This document shows positions 20,720-31,604 of a stretch of DNA of 64,000 bases, piece by piece. The stretch comes from an uncultured Pelagibacteraceae bacterium (GTDB taxonomy: Bacteria; Pseudomonadota; Alphaproteobacteria; Pelagibacterales; Pelagibacteraceae). The stretch is taken from contig CACIQS010000001.1 of the NCBI GenBank assembly GCA_902588855.1, positions 37,083 through 101,082 on the forward strand, written 5' to 3'. The position numbers were made by a program, and so were the translations under genes. How positions within the stretch are numbered: position 1 is the stretch's first letter; every line of letters begins with the position of its first letter. The notes below the pieces were generated by a model, which was given only the letters and a program-made list of their open reading frames with translations, ran no database searches and was not told where the DNA came from.

Positions 20720-21796
20720 ATGGTTCCTATAAAAGAAGCACTCACCTTTGATGATGTAACACTAGCCCCGAAGTATTCGGAAATATTGCCATCTGAAGTA
20801 AATACATCAGTAAATTTAACAAAAAACCTAAAGCTTAAAATACCACTTCTGTCTTCTGCGATGGATACTGTTACGGAAAGTAATATGGCTATTGCAATTG
20901 CTAAAGCTGGAGGAATAGGGGTTATTCATAGAAATTTAGATATCAAAAAACAAATATTAGAAATTAAAAAAGTTAAAAAACAAAAATTATTAGTTGGTGC
21001 GGCTGTTGGAGCTTCAATTGCTGAGTTTGATAGAGCAAAAGCTATTCTTAAAGAAGGTGTTGATTTAATTGTAGTTGATACTGCTCATGGACATACAAAA
21101 AAAGTTGGTGAAATAGTTAAATATATAAAAAAAATTAAAGGTAAAAATATTGCTTTATGTGCAGGCAATATTGCTACACCTGAAGCAGCAAAATTTTTAA
21201 TTAAATTAGGGGTGGATATTATTAAAGTTGGTATTGGACCAGGATCAATTTGTACAACCAGGTTGGTAGCAGGAATAGGTGTTCCACAATTAAGTGCAAT
21301 TTTATCTGTAAGAAATGGACTAAAAAACAAAAATGTAAAAATAATTTCAGATGGTGGAATTAAATATTCTGGAGATTTGGCAAAAGCTTTTGCAGCAGGT
21401 GCAGACGCTGTAATGATAGGTTCTTTGTTTGCAGGTACAGATGAAACACCTGGTAAACTAATCAAAAAAAATGGAAAATTATTTAAGAGTTTTAGAGGAA
21501 TGGGATCAGTAGGTGCTATGAACAAAGGCTCAGCAGATAGGTACTTTCAAAGTAAGCAAAAAGATACATCTAAATATGTTCCAGAAGGAGTAGAAGGTTT
21601 TGTAAAATACAAAGGAGATGTTGGCAGCATTATATTTAAATTAATTGGTGGTCTTAAATCATCTATGGGCTATCTTGGTTCAAAAGAAATTGTAAAATTG
21701 AGAAATAAACCACAATTTATTAAAATTACTAAAGCTGGATTTTATGAAAGTATGGTTCATAATGTTGATGTAATTAAAAATGATAGTAAATATTAA
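20720..21796 (+). CDS. guaB: IMP dehydrogenase lacking the CBS subdomain
   Basis: ALTFDDV, SSAMDTVTE, GIGPGSICTTR, RGMGS, VPEGVEG; only 358 aa. Confidence 0.97.
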   Translation: MVPIKEALTFDDVTLAPKYSEILPSEVNTSVNLTKNLKLKIPLLSSAMDTVTESNMAIAIAKAGGIGVIHRNLDIKKQILEIKKVKKQKLLVGAAVGASIAEFDRAKAILKEGVDLIVVDTAHGHTKKVGEIVKYIKKIKGKNIALCAGNIATPEAAKFLIKLGVDIIKVGIGPGSICTTRLVAGIGVPQLSAILSVRNGLKNKNVKIISDGGIKYSGDLAKAFAAGADAVMIGSLFAGTDETPGKLIKKNGKLFKSFRGMGSVGAMNKGSADRYFQSKQKDTSKYVPEGVEGFVKYKGDVGSIIFKLIGGLKSSMGYLGSKEIVKLRNKPQFIKITKAGFYESMVHNVDVIKNDSKY

Positions 21797-22233
21797 TGAA
21801 TAAAATTTTAAAATTAACTTCACTGATAGTTTTAATTTTTTCAATTCAATCGAGTTCATTTTCAAAAGAAAATTTTTTTAATGAAGCGATTAAATTGTAT
21901 GAAAAAGAAAAATATGAGGATGCAAGATTTTTATTTGAGAGAAATATTGTATTTAATCCAAAGGATGCAAATTCATATTTATACTTAGCAAAAATTTATA
22001 ATCACGAGGAAGATCAAAGAAAAGAGGAATACAACTTAGAAACTACTCTATTAATTGATCCTCAAAATGAAGAAGCTATTTTAATGCTAATGAAAATTGC
22101 CCTTGAAAAATCTAATTACGATAAAGTTAAAGAATTATCTGAAACATTTGTTCAAGTATGTAAGTCATTATGTGATGAAAATAATGAAATTTTAGAGTCT
22201 TTAAAAAATTTAGAACCAAGTAATGAGTCTTGA
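21796..22233 (+). CDS. Exported TPR-repeat protein
   Basis: Signal peptide and TPR-like repeats ([26 protein letters not shown]). Confidence 0.8.
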   Translation: MNKILKLTSLIVLIFSIQSSSFSKENFFNEAIKLYEKEKYEDARFLFERNIVFNPKDANSYLYLAKIYNHEEDQRKEEYNLETTLLIDPQNEEAILMLMKIALEKSNYDKVKELSETFVQVCKSLCDENNEILESLKNLEPSNES

Positions 22234-23785
22234 TAATAGCCTTAACAAAATCTTAATTGTAGATTTTGGTTCACAATTTACTCAATTGATAGCTAGAAGA
22301 ATAAGAGAACTGGGTGTTTTCTCAGATATCGTGAGTCATAAAAAAATTAAACTTAATCAAATTAATCAAAGCGTAAAAGGTATAATTTTATCAGGAGGTC
22401 CACTGAATGTTTATCAAATTAATAAGTATTCATTTGATAAAAAAATTTTGGAATTAAATATTCCTGTTCTTGGCATTTGTTTTGGACATCAAATATTATC
22501 TAAACTTAATGGGGGCAGAGTTAAACAATCAAAGCATCGTGAATTTGGTTTAGCAAATGTAATTAAAAAAAATAATAGTCTCTTAACTAATAATTTTTTT
22601 GGTACAAAAAAATCTAAAGTGGTCTGGATGAGCCACGCTGATCAAGTGTCTAGATTACCTAAAAATTTTAAAGTAATTGCTTCAAGCTCAAATTCAAAAT
22701 TTGCAATTGTAGAAAATAAAATCAAAAATTTTTATGGTGTACAGTTTCATCCAGAGGTAACTCACACAGAGAACGGAAAAAAACTGATTAGTAATTTTAT
22801 TTTTCTCATTTGTAAAATTAAGAAAAATTGGTCTTCAAAAGATCAAAAGAGACAATTAATTAAAGATGTCAGAGTTCAAGTTGGAGATAATAAAGTAATT
22901 TGTGCATTATCAGGTGGTGTAGATAGTAGTGTGGTTGCTCAATTATTGAATAAAGCAATAGGAAAAAAACTATATTGTATTTTTGTTAACACTGGATTGC
23001 TTAGAAAAAATGAAGAAGTTCAGGTTGTTCAAACTTTTAAAAAACGACTAAAAATGAATTTAATCTACGTGAATGCTGAAAAGGAATTTTTAAGTAAATT
23101 AAATAATGTATCCGATCCAGAGAAAAAAAGAAAAATTATAGGAAATCTATTCATTAAAATATTTGAGAGATATGCAAAGAAAATAAAAAATGTAAAATTT
23201 TTAGCACAAGGAACGTTGTACCCAGATTTAATTGAAAGCAAGTCTGTTACAGGGAGTCAAACTTCTAAAATAAAGTCTCACCATAATGTGGGTGGTTTAC
23301 CAAAAAAAATGAACTTAAAGTTAGTAGAGCCATTAAAATTTCTATTTAAAGATGAAGTAAGAAAATTAGGTTTAGAGTTAAATTTAAGTCATGAAATAAT
23401 TTCACGACATCCATTTCCTGGCCCTGGTTTAGCAATCAGAATGCCTGGTATTATAACAAATGAAAAAATTAAAATTTTAAAAGAAGCTGATCATTATTTT
23501 ATTCAGGCTTTAAGAGATCACGGGCTTTACCACAAAATTTGGCAAGCATATGCAGCATTACTTCCAGTAAAAACAGTTGGAGTCATGGGTGATAATCGAA
23601 CATATGAATATTTATGTTTACTTAGAGCAATTACCTCTGAAGATGGAATGACTGCAGATTTTTATGAGTTTAAAAAATCTTTTATGCAAACTATTTCCAA
23701 CAAAATTGTTAATAGCATAAGAGGAATTAATAGAGTTGTTTATGATATTACTTCTAAGCCTCCAAGCACTATTGAATTAGAGTAA
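22223..23785 (+). CDS. guaA: GMP synthase (glutamine-hydrolysing)
   Basis: [49 protein letters not shown]. Confidence 0.99.
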   Translation: MSLDNSLNKILIVDFGSQFTQLIARRIRELGVFSDIVSHKKIKLNQINQSVKGIILSGGPLNVYQINKYSFDKKILELNIPVLGICFGHQILSKLNGGRVKQSKHREFGLANVIKKNNSLLTNNFFGTKKSKVVWMSHADQVSRLPKNFKVIASSSNSKFAIVENKIKNFYGVQFHPEVTHTENGKKLISNFIFLICKIKKNWSSKDQKRQLIKDVRVQVGDNKVICALSGGVDSSVVAQLLNKAIGKKLYCIFVNTGLLRKNEEVQVVQTFKKRLKMNLIYVNAEKEFLSKLNNVSDPEKKRKIIGNLFIKIFERYAKKIKNVKFLAQGTLYPDLIESKSVTGSQTSKIKSHHNVGGLPKKMNLKLVEPLKFLFKDEVRKLGLELNLSHEIISRHPFPGPGLAIRMPGIITNEKIKILKEADHYFIQALRDHGLYHKIWQAYAALLPVKTVGVMGDNRTYEYLCLLRAITSEDGMTADFYEFKKSFMQTISNKIVNSIRGINRVVYDITSKPPSTIELE

Positions 23786-23806
23786 TTTTAATTATAAAAA
23801 CACCTT

Positions 23807-24226
23807 ATGAAATATTTACATACAATGATCAGAATTAAAGATGTAAATGAATCTTTGAGATTTTTCTGTGAAGGACTTGGTTTAAAAGAAACAAGAAGAA
23901 TGGAAAATGAAAAAGGAAGATTTACTTTAATTTTTCTTGCAGCTCCAAATGATGACAAAGCAGAAATTGAGCTAACATATAATTGGGATGGGGATGAACT
24001 AGGAGAAGGTTCAAGAAATTTTGGTCATCTTGCATATAGAGTAGATAATATTTATGAAACATGCCAAAGATTAATGGACATGGGTTACACTATAAACAGA
24101 CCACCAAGAGATGGTCATATGGCATTTGTTAGATCACCTGATAAAATTTCAATAGAAATATTACAAGAAGGTAATTTAGAACCAAAAGAACCTTGGTCTT
24201 CTATGGAGAATACAGGTACCTGGTAA
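23807..24226 (+). CDS. gloA: Lactoylglutathione lyase (glyoxalase I)
   Basis: YLHTMIRI, IELTYNWD, FGHLAY, PPRDGHMAFVRSPD. Confidence 0.9.
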   Translation: MKYLHTMIRIKDVNESLRFFCEGLGLKETRRMENEKGRFTLIFLAAPNDDKAEIELTYNWDGDELGEGSRNFGHLAYRVDNIYETCQRLMDMGYTINRPPRDGHMAFVRSPDKISIEILQEGNLEPKEPWSSMENTGTW

Positions 24227-24235
24227 CATTTTTTA

Positions 24236-24637
24236 ATGTGGATTGAGAAGTTTAACAAACCATATAAAGAAAAAATTAAAAAATTAACTTTTAACTTTGC
24301 AGACATTAAAAAAGGTGAAACAATGCTAGTGTCGTCACCATCATCGATAGCTAAATTCATAAAAAAAATTCCAAAAGGAAAAAAAAAGACAGTTATTGAA
24401 ATGAGAGATGCATTGGCAAAAAAAGCTAAAGTAAACAAAACATGTCCTGTTTCTACAGGAATATTTTTGAGAATTGCTATAGAAGCATCATTAGAGGAAC
24501 AAAGAAAAAAAAAATTAAAAAAACCCAACCTTCCTTTTTGGAGAATTATTGATGAAAAAACTGCAGTTGCAAAAAAACTATCTATATCTAAAAAGCTCTT
24601 AAATACTTATATAAATCAAGAATTAAGAAATGAATAA
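24236..24637 (+). CDS. Hypothetical protein with an MGMT/ATL-like DNA-binding domain
   Basis: IKKIPKGK, CPVSTGIFLRI, and PFWRII in place of PCHRV. Confidence 0.6.
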   Translation: MWIEKFNKPYKEKIKKLTFNFADIKKGETMLVSSPSSIAKFIKKIPKGKKKTVIEMRDALAKKAKVNKTCPVSTGIFLRIAIEASLEEQRKKKLKKPNLPFWRIIDEKTAVAKKLSISKKLLNTYINQELRNE

Positions 24638-25403
24638 AATTAAAAATTTTATACGAAAAAAAAATAAGTCAAAAATAGTTAGTCTAACTGCTTATTCAAA
24701 AAATATTGCCTCAGTTTTAGATAATTATTGTGATTTGATTTTAGTAGGGGATTCACTTGGATCAGTTTTATATAATTATAAGTCTACTAGAGAAGTAACT
24801 TTAAATACTATGATTGAACACTCCAAGAGTGTTCGTATGGGTATTAAAAAAAGTTTAATGATTGTTGATATGCCTCATAATACTTATCGTAATCCTAAAG
24901 AGGCATTGAAAAACGCAAAATTAATTATGAAAAAAACTAAATGTGATGGGGTCAAATTAGAAGGAGGAAAGAAAATTATAAATACTATTAAAGCATTAGT
25001 TAAAAATAATATTCCTGTAATGGGTCATATAGGAGTTTTACCTCAATCAGATAAAACATTTAAATTTAAAGGTAAAAATCAAAGTGAAAAAGAAAATATT
25101 ATGAGAGATGCTGAGTTACTTGAAGAAGCTGGTTCTTTTTGTATGGTTTTAGAATGTGTTCAAACATCATTGGCAAAACATGTAACTAAAAGAGTAAGTA
25201 TTCCAACAATTGGGATAGGTGCATCCAGCAATTGTGATGGTCAGATCTTAGTATTTGATGACTTGATAGGACTTAATCCAATTAAATTAAGATTTGTAAA
25301 AAAGTATATAAATATAAAGAGAGAAATATCAAAAGCAGTTTTTAAATATGCAACTGAGGTTAAAACAAAAAAATTTCCCTCAAAAAAATATTCTTTTAAT
25401 TAG
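24630..25403 (+). CDS. panB: 3-methyl-2-oxobutanoate hydroxymethyltransferase
   Basis: LTAY, ILVGDSLG, VDMP, VKLEGG, MGHIG, IGIGA..CDGQILV. Confidence 0.97.
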   Translation: MNKIKNFIRKKNKSKIVSLTAYSKNIASVLDNYCDLILVGDSLGSVLYNYKSTREVTLNTMIEHSKSVRMGIKKSLMIVDMPHNTYRNPKEALKNAKLIMKKTKCDGVKLEGGKKIINTIKALVKNNIPVMGHIGVLPQSDKTFKFKGKNQSEKENIMRDAELLEEAGSFCMVLECVQTSLAKHVTKRVSIPTIGIGASSNCDGQILVFDDLIGLNPIKLRFVKKYINIKREISKAVFKYATEVKTKKFPSKKYSFN

Positions 25404-26011
25404 AAGTATTTTTTAAATTCTTCATTAATTTTTAATATTTCAAGATCTACCAAACCACCTATTATTAATTGTAGACCAACAATTAAAATAAATATTAAAC
25501 CAATGTATGCTATCCAGATATGTTTTTGAATATAATTAGCCATGTAAGTGGCTAATGCACCTGTAAGAACGACTGATAAGACAAGACCAAAAATCATGTA
25601 GCCAAAGTATCCTTGAGCAGCAGCAACAACTCCTATGACATTATCAAAACTAATCATCAGATCAGCAAATAATACTTTACCTATACTATTTATATATGAA
25701 GGTTGTTTTGTTTTTTTAATTGAAGGTTTTATATTTTTAATATCAACAAGGTCTTTTCTTAAATCATTAACTATCCATACTAACAACAAACCTCCTAAAA
25801 TTTTTATAAAATAAAATTCAAATAAAAAAGTAGCAAAGATTGCAAAAAAGATTTTAAAAACAAATGCTCCAATTACACCCCATAAAATAATTTGTTTTCT
25901 ATTTTTAGGAACAAAATTTGATGCAATAGAACCAACTATCACAGCATTATCTGCAGTTAAGATAATAGTGATAAAAATAATTTGGGTTAGAATTATGAGC
26001 TCTTCAATCAA
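25400..26011 (-). CDS. TerC/YjbE family membrane protein
   Basis: LTADNAVIV and ADLMISFDNVIGV motifs with multiple transmembrane segments. Confidence 0.88.
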   Translation of the reverse strand: MIEELIILTQIIFITIILTADNAVIVGSIASNFVPKNRKQIILWGVIGAFVFKIFFAIFATFLFEFYFIKILGGLLLVWIVNDLRKDLVDIKNIKPSIKKTKQPSYINSIGKVLFADLMISFDNVIGVVAAAQGYFGYMIFGLVLSVVLTGALATYMANYIQKHIWIAYIGLIFILIVGLQLIIGGLVDLEILKINEEFKKYF

Positions 26012-26058
26012 TATGGTTAAATATTATTTTAATTTAAGGAGATTGCAATCAAAAGAAT

Positions 26059-26090
26059 AAAAAAAGGCGGTCAAAAAATTTGACCGCCTT
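26059..26090 (-). terminator. Rho-independent terminator of the substrate-binding protein gene
   Basis: Minus strand AAGGCGGTCAAA-TTT-TTTGACCGCCTTTTTTT. Confidence 0.92.
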
Positions 26091-26111
26091 AATAATTGTA
26101 TTCTTTTTAAA

Positions 26112-27368
26112 TTATCTTTCAGACCAAGTAGGCATAGGATATTTTAACTCACAAGCTGCTAATTCAAATGGATATACAGTACAGTATTTTCCATTTTGAA
26201 CTTGCATTAAAATACCTCTAGTCTTCTCGTTTTGACCATCTGCACCAAATTTAATTCCTCTATAAGGAACAATTAAAGACTCAGATGACATATCTAGATT
26301 TACTAGAGCTTGCCTGATTTTCTCAGGATCTGTTGATCCAGCATTATTAATTGCATTAGCTAAAGCCATAAAACCTGTAAAAGCTCTTGCAGGCACATCT
26401 GATAAATCTCTTCCACCAGAATGTGTTTTAAACAAGTCGTTTACAGTTCCAATCATAGGAATAGTTTTTGCTAAGTCAGTATTAAAAGGTGATCTTGTAA
26501 TTACACCTTCTGCTTTGCTTCCCATTGTATCTATGAATTTAGGATCTGTATAACCTGCGTTTTGAGCAACTAAAAGTTTAGGATTATAATCAAGTTCTTT
26601 TGCAGTATTTAAAAATAAATATGCATCAGCTGTATAAGATGAAGGCAATAAAACATCTGGGTTTTTTGCTTTCAATCTTTGTACTTCAGAACTTAAAGTT
26701 GTTGTTTTAGCTTTGTAGCTGATTTTTTCTATAACATCATAACCTTGTTCTTTAGCCATTTTGTTTTGAGTTCCACCACTATCAGAACCCCACAATGTAT
26801 CTTCATGAATAATACCTAGTGTTTTTAACTTATTACTATTCTTTTTGTTAAAGTCGTTCATGAATTCAAACATAAGCTGAGTAAACTCACCATCGTGTGG
26901 AGTAACTCTGAAGAAGTATTTAAATCCTCTTGTTGTTAATTTTGGAGAAGTAGACTCACCATTTACCCAAGGTATTCCTGCTCTCTCAGAAACTTGACTT
27001 GCAGCACCAGTTACTGATGAGTAGTAAGCTCCAAACATTGCATGAACTTTGTCAGAATTTAACATTTTTTCAGTTTCACCAACGCCGATATCTGGTTTCC
27101 CACCATGGTCTCCAACAACGATAGATATTTTACCACCGTCTAAACCTTTTAATCCTGCATCTTTTGCAAGCGGCATACCTGGAATGTTATGACTATTATT
27201 GATGATATCTAGTGCAGTTTTAACTGCCGCGACAGCATCTTTACCGACCTGAGCAACAGGTCCAGTAAGTGGATAAAGTACTCCAATTTTTACATCTTCT
27301 GCATAACTAATTGCAGGTGCAGACACTAATGAAAAAAAAGTAAATACTGTAAGAATTAATTTTCTCAT
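26112..27368 (-). CDS. HAAT (Liv-type) ABC substrate-binding protein, probably for L-pyroglutamate
   Basis: Signal peptide, VKIGVLYPLTG, GAYYSSVT, FFRVTP. Substrate inferred from the neighbouring pxpABC genes. Confidence 0.88.
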   Translation of the reverse strand: MRKLILTVFTFFSLVSAPAISYAEDVKIGVLYPLTGPVAQVGKDAVAAVKTALDIINNSHNIPGMPLAKDAGLKGLDGGKISIVVGDHGGKPDIGVGETEKMLNSDKVHAMFGAYYSSVTGAASQVSERAGIPWVNGESTSPKLTTRGFKYFFRVTPHDGEFTQLMFEFMNDFNKKNSNKLKTLGIIHEDTLWGSDSGGTQNKMAKEQGYDVIEKISYKAKTTTLSSEVQRLKAKNPDVLLPSSYTADAYLFLNTAKELDYNPKLLVAQNAGYTDPKFIDTMGSKAEGVITRSPFNTDLAKTIPMIGTVNDLFKTHSGGRDLSDVPARAFTGFMALANAINNAGSTDPEKIRQALVNLDMSSESLIVPYRGIKFGADGQNEKTRGILMQVQNGKYCTVYPFELAACELKYPMPTWSER

Positions 27369-27517
27369 TTATTTCCCCTCTGTATTTGTTTTTATAAACT
27401 AACATTTTAATACTATTCAATTGACCAATTCAATGGTTTATTATTTTATTATTTCTATACTGAAGAAGTATTTGTTTAATATATACATTCTTTATATATA
27501 CTTAATTAATAAATCAA

Positions 27518-28384
27518 ATGACTTCTGAAATTATCATTCAAGCTATAGTCACAGGATTAATGATGGGATTAATTTATGCATTAATCGCAGCAGGCTTAAG
27601 TTTAATCTTTGGATTAATGGAAATTGTAAATTTTGCTCATGGAGAGCATTTGATGTTGTCTATGTTTTCATCATTTTGGCTTTGGTCTTTATTTGGTTTG
27701 GATCCATTGTTTTCAATTCCAATAACTATACTATTGTTAGCATTCTGTGGGATCATCACTCATTATTTTCTAATTCGATATATCCTTAAAGCAAAAATGC
27801 TTATCCAAATTTGTGCTACATTTGGGTTGTCTATTTTTATTAGATCAATTGCTCAATTATTATGGACTCCAGATTTTAGAAATGTTGATAAGCCCTTATT
27901 AGAAGGGCGTATTGAAATTGGATCTGTATTTATTGGCCAACCCCAACTTTATGCAAGTCTTGTTTGTTTAGTTGCATTTTTTGGTTTGTATTGGTTTGTA
28001 ACAAAAACAGAAACTGGATTAGCGCTTCAAGCAACAGCACAAGACAGACACGCAGCAGAAATTTTAGGAATTCCATCCAATAAAATGTTTGCAATAGGTT
28101 GGGCGATTGGACTTGGTTGTGTGGGAGTAGCAGGTGGAATGATGGCAAACTATTTTTTTATTTTTACTGATGTTGGTATTAATTTTGCATTGTTTGCTTT
28201 CGTTGCTGTAGCACTTGGTGGTTTTGGAAGTATCATTGGATGTTTATACGCTGGTATAATTATAGGATTAGTCGAATCTTTAGGTGGATTATTGATCGAT
28301 CCATCATTTAAACTTTTATATGTATTCGCAATTTATCTTTTAGTTGTGATTTACAAACCTCAAGGTCTGTTTGGTAGGTATTGA
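27518..28384 (+). CDS. livH: HAAT ABC permease (LivH-like)
   Basis: GLSLIFGLMEIVNFAHGE, TETGLALQATAQD, LGGFGS, YKPQGLFG. Confidence 0.92.
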   Translation: MTSEIIIQAIVTGLMMGLIYALIAAGLSLIFGLMEIVNFAHGEHLMLSMFSSFWLWSLFGLDPLFSIPITILLLAFCGIITHYFLIRYILKAKMLIQICATFGLSIFIRSIAQLLWTPDFRNVDKPLLEGRIEIGSVFIGQPQLYASLVCLVAFFGLYWFVTKTETGLALQATAQDRHAAEILGIPSNKMFAIGWAIGLGCVGVAGGMMANYFFIFTDVGINFALFAFVAVALGGFGSIIGCLYAGIIIGLVESLGGLLIDPSFKLLYVFAIYLLVVIYKPQGLFGRY

Positions 28385-29397
28385 TGGATAGTAGGTTAGA
28401 ATTTGCAAAATCAGAACCGATTTGGAATACAAATAATAGAGTATTTTCAATTATTGCTGGCTTAATTATACTTTTGTTTGCACTTCCGCTTTTTGGGATG
28501 AATTCATTTTATCTGCATTTATTTATTATGATTTTTATGCACGCAGTTATGGCTCAATCTTGGAATGTTATAGCAGGTTTTTCTGGTCAAATTAGTTTAG
28601 GTCATGGAGCATTTTTTGGAATAGGTGCTTATGCAACTTCATTTTTTTATATGGAGTACGGAATAACACCTTGGATAAGTATATTTTTTGGTATGTTTGT
28701 TTCAGCAATTTTTGCTGTCTTAATCGGTATACCAATGCTCAGATTAAGTGGTCACTACTTTGCAATTGCTACTTTATTAATTGGGATAAGTTTCCAAGTA
28801 GTCTTTCAAAGGTGGGATTTAGTAGGAGCCGCATCAGGATTGTGGGTGACAATGACACCGGAAGATTCTTGGTTTGCATTGCAGTTTCATAGCAGTAAAG
28901 TTCCTTATTATTATGTATTTTTAGTTTTCTTTTTAATCACGTTCTTTTTAGTCTGGTTATTGAGTAGATCCAAATTAGGTTACAGATTAAGAGCAGTTAG
29001 AGACGATCCACAAGCAGCATTAAGTTTATGCATTAACGTTTCAAATTATAAAATTATAGCTTATGTGATTTCAGCAATGATTATGGCTCCTATGGGAAGT
29101 TTGTTTGCTCAATATATTTTAATTATCGATCCAGATAGAGTTTTTAATATTGAGATATCAATTATAGTTTTATTAATCACAGTGCTGGGTGGAATCGGAA
29201 ATGTTTGGGGTCCAATTATAGGCGCTTCAATCCTTGTACCAATTTCAGAATATTCAAGAATTTATTTAGGAGGTACAGGTGGAGCTGTCGATTTAATTTT
29301 TTATGGTTTGATATTAATGATTATTTGTATTTTTAGACCTAACGGCCTGATTTCATTTATCCCAAAAGATATTTTAGAAAGAAAGAAACAACGATGA
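28381..29397 (+). CDS. livM: HAAT ABC permease (LivM-like)
   Basis: GFSGQISLGHGAFFGIGAY, RLSGHYFAIATL, SKLGYRLRAVRDD. Confidence 0.92.
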   Translation: MMDSRLEFAKSEPIWNTNNRVFSIIAGLIILLFALPLFGMNSFYLHLFIMIFMHAVMAQSWNVIAGFSGQISLGHGAFFGIGAYATSFFYMEYGITPWISIFFGMFVSAIFAVLIGIPMLRLSGHYFAIATLLIGISFQVVFQRWDLVGAASGLWVTMTPEDSWFALQFHSSKVPYYYVFLVFFLITFFLVWLLSRSKLGYRLRAVRDDPQAALSLCINVSNYKIIAYVISAMIMAPMGSLFAQYILIIDPDRVFNIEISIIVLLITVLGGIGNVWGPIIGASILVPISEYSRIYLGGTGGAVDLIFYGLILMIICIFRPNGLISFIPKDILERKKQR

Positions 29398-30116
29398 AAA
29401 TACTAACAGTTGAAAATCTAAGTAAATCTTTTGGTGGTATTCATGCAAATAGGGATATTTCTTTTGACGTTGAAGAAGGATCTATTTTAGGAGTAATAGG
29501 ACCTAATGGTGCTGGTAAATCTACTTTATTTGATTTGATTACTGGTTTTACAAAACCAGACACTGGAAAAGTAAGATTTTTTGACAAAAATATTTTTGGA
29601 ATTAGTCCTGATAAAATAAGCAACCTTGGAGTAGGTAGAACTTTTCAAAAACTAAAACCATTCGCAGATCAAACATTACTTGAAAATGTCATGATAGGAG
29701 CATTTGTAAAAGAAAAAGATATTAAAAGAGCAAGAGATAGAGCCTTAGAGATTATTGATTTTGTAGATTTGATTGAGAAAAGACATCACTTTGCAAAAGA
29801 GTTATCAACTGGACAAAGGAAAAGATTGGAAATGGCTAGAGCTATGGCTATTGATCCTAAATTACTTTTGATGGATGAAGTAACAGGAGGTGTAGATCAA
29901 AAAACCATTCCTGGGCTTGTTGAACTTGTTAAAAAATTAAAAAAGACAGGTGTAACGATTATTACAATTGAACATAATATAAATATTATCATGGAAATTT
30001 CTGATAATGTTCTTGCATTAGATCAAGGTAAACGAATTGCATTTGGAGAACCAAAAGAAATTCAAAACAATAAACTAGTAATAGATGCTTACCTAGGAAC
30101 TTTTGATGCTGCTTGA
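29394..30116 (+). CDS. livG: HAAT ABC ATPase (LivG-like)
   Basis: GPNGAGKST, GVGRTFQ, LLLMDE, VIDAYLG. Confidence 0.93.
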   Translation: MKILTVENLSKSFGGIHANRDISFDVEEGSILGVIGPNGAGKSTLFDLITGFTKPDTGKVRFFDKNIFGISPDKISNLGVGRTFQKLKPFADQTLLENVMIGAFVKEKDIKRARDRALEIIDFVDLIEKRHHFAKELSTGQRKRLEMARAMAIDPKLLLMDEVTGGVDQKTIPGLVELVKKLKKTGVTIITIEHNINIIMEISDNVLALDQGKRIAFGEPKEIQNNKLVIDAYLGTFDAA

Positions 30117-30813
30117 TGTAAAAAATATTGATGTTTTGTATGATGATTTTCAGGTTATCTGGGATGTTTCAATTAACGTAAATAAAGCTGAAATGGTTGC
30201 ACTTTTGGGGCCAAACGGATCTGGTAAAAGTACTGTTTTAAATACTATAAGTAATTTAGTTGAACATAACAAAGGAACAATCACTTTTGATAATACCTTA
30301 ATTTCAAATATACCAACTCACAGGAGAACTGAATTAGGAATTTCACATGTACTAGAAAGGAGAAGAGTGTTTCCTCATCTTACTGTTAAACAAAACCTTT
30401 TATTAGGAGCTTGGCACCCAAAAGCAAAAGAAGAGTTATCAAATTCTTTATATAAAGTTTATAAAATTTTTCCAAAGTTAGAAATTAGATCAGACCAGTT
30501 AGCAAAAACAATGTCTGGTGGTGAGCAACAAATGTTAGCTATAGCAAGAGGAATGATGGGTTTGCCTAAACTTTTAATGGTTGATGAACCCTTTTTAGGT
30601 TTATCGCCAATGGTTATGAAAGACCTAATTAAAATTTTTAAAAATATTGTTGAAGAGGGAATTTCAATTTTATTTGTAGAGCAAAATGTAAGACTAGCTC
30701 TTAGTATGGCTGATAGAGGCTATGTTTTAGAAAGTGGAAGATTAGTTATCGATGGTAAATCAGAAGATTTAATTGATAATGAAAAAGTTACTAAAGTTTT
30801 TTTAGGAAATTAA
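30103..30813 (+). CDS. livF: HAAT ABC ATPase (LivF-like)
   Basis: GPNGSGKST, MSGGEQQMLAIAR, DEPFLGLSP, VEQNV. Confidence 0.93.
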   Translation: MMLLDVKNIDVLYDDFQVIWDVSINVNKAEMVALLGPNGSGKSTVLNTISNLVEHNKGTITFDNTLISNIPTHRRTELGISHVLERRRVFPHLTVKQNLLLGAWHPKAKEELSNSLYKVYKIFPKLEIRSDQLAKTMSGGEQQMLAIARGMMGLPKLLMVDEPFLGLSPMVMKDLIKIFKNIVEEGISILFVEQNVRLALSMADRGYVLESGRLVIDGKSEDLIDNEKVTKVFLGN

Positions 30814-31599
30814 TTAAAAAGCAGCTAGATCGTTATTTAGTTTATCAGTTATAAGCATTTTTCCAGGACTATGAGTGATACAAAAATCAGGTTTTGAATT
30901 TTCTAAAACTGATTGTGGGGTTACACCACAGGCCCAAAATACTGGTATTTCATTATTTTTTATTGTTCTTGGTGGATCACCATATTCAGGTTTCATTATA
31001 TCTTTAATTCCAATTTCGTCAGGATTACCAACATGTACAGGTGCACCATGTACAGCTGGAAACCTAGAACTAATTTGAATTGATCTAATTGTATCCTTTG
31101 AATTTAATGGTCTCATAGAAACAACTAGTTTCCCCGAAAACTGTCCTGCAGGTTCACAATCTATTGAAGTTTTATACATCGGAACAATAGTATTATTTTC
31201 TATATGTTGAATTGGAATACCAGCCTCAATTAAAGGCAGCTCAAAAGACATTGAACATCCAAGAACAAAAGTTATTAAATCTTCATTCCAATATTTTTTA
31301 ATATCATATGGTTCGTCAATTAATTTTCCCTTTTCCCATACTCTATATTGAGGAACATCAGTTCTAATATCGATCTCACCAAGATCTTTTAATGAAGCAT
31401 TTCCTTTTGTACCAAATCCAATTAATGGACAAGGTTTAGGATTTTTTTGGCAGAAAGATGCAAAATCCATTGCATACTTACTTGGTAAAATACAAAGGTT
31501 ACCTTGGACATATTTATTCGCGGACCCAGCAGTCTGTTCAGTATATTTATTTTCTCTTATTACTTTACGAGCTTCAACTGGGTCTTGAATATCGAGCAT
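30814..31599 (-). CDS. Putative hydro-lyase, DUF1445/YcsI (D-glutamate cyclase family)
   Basis: [61 protein letters not shown]. Confidence 0.9.
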   Translation of the reverse strand: MLDIQDPVEARKVIRENKYTEQTAGSANKYVQGNLCILPSKYAMDFASFCQKNPKPCPLIGFGTKGNASLKDLGEIDIRTDVPQYRVWEKGKLIDEPYDIKKYWNEDLITFVLGCSMSFELPLIEAGIPIQHIENNTIVPMYKTSIDCEPAGQFSGKLVVSMRPLNSKDTIRSIQISSRFPAVHGAPVHVGNPDEIGIKDIMKPEYGDPPRTIKNNEIPVFWACGVTPQSVLENSKPDFCITHSPGKMLITDKLNNDLAAF

Positions 31600-31604
31600 A
31601 TAAA

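Noticed and set aside
27419-27430. Near-palindrome AATTGACCAATT in the divergent spacer of the ABC transporter genes
   Set aside because: Short, in AT-rich sequence, and no cognate regulator in the window; it could equally be a -35 hexamer.
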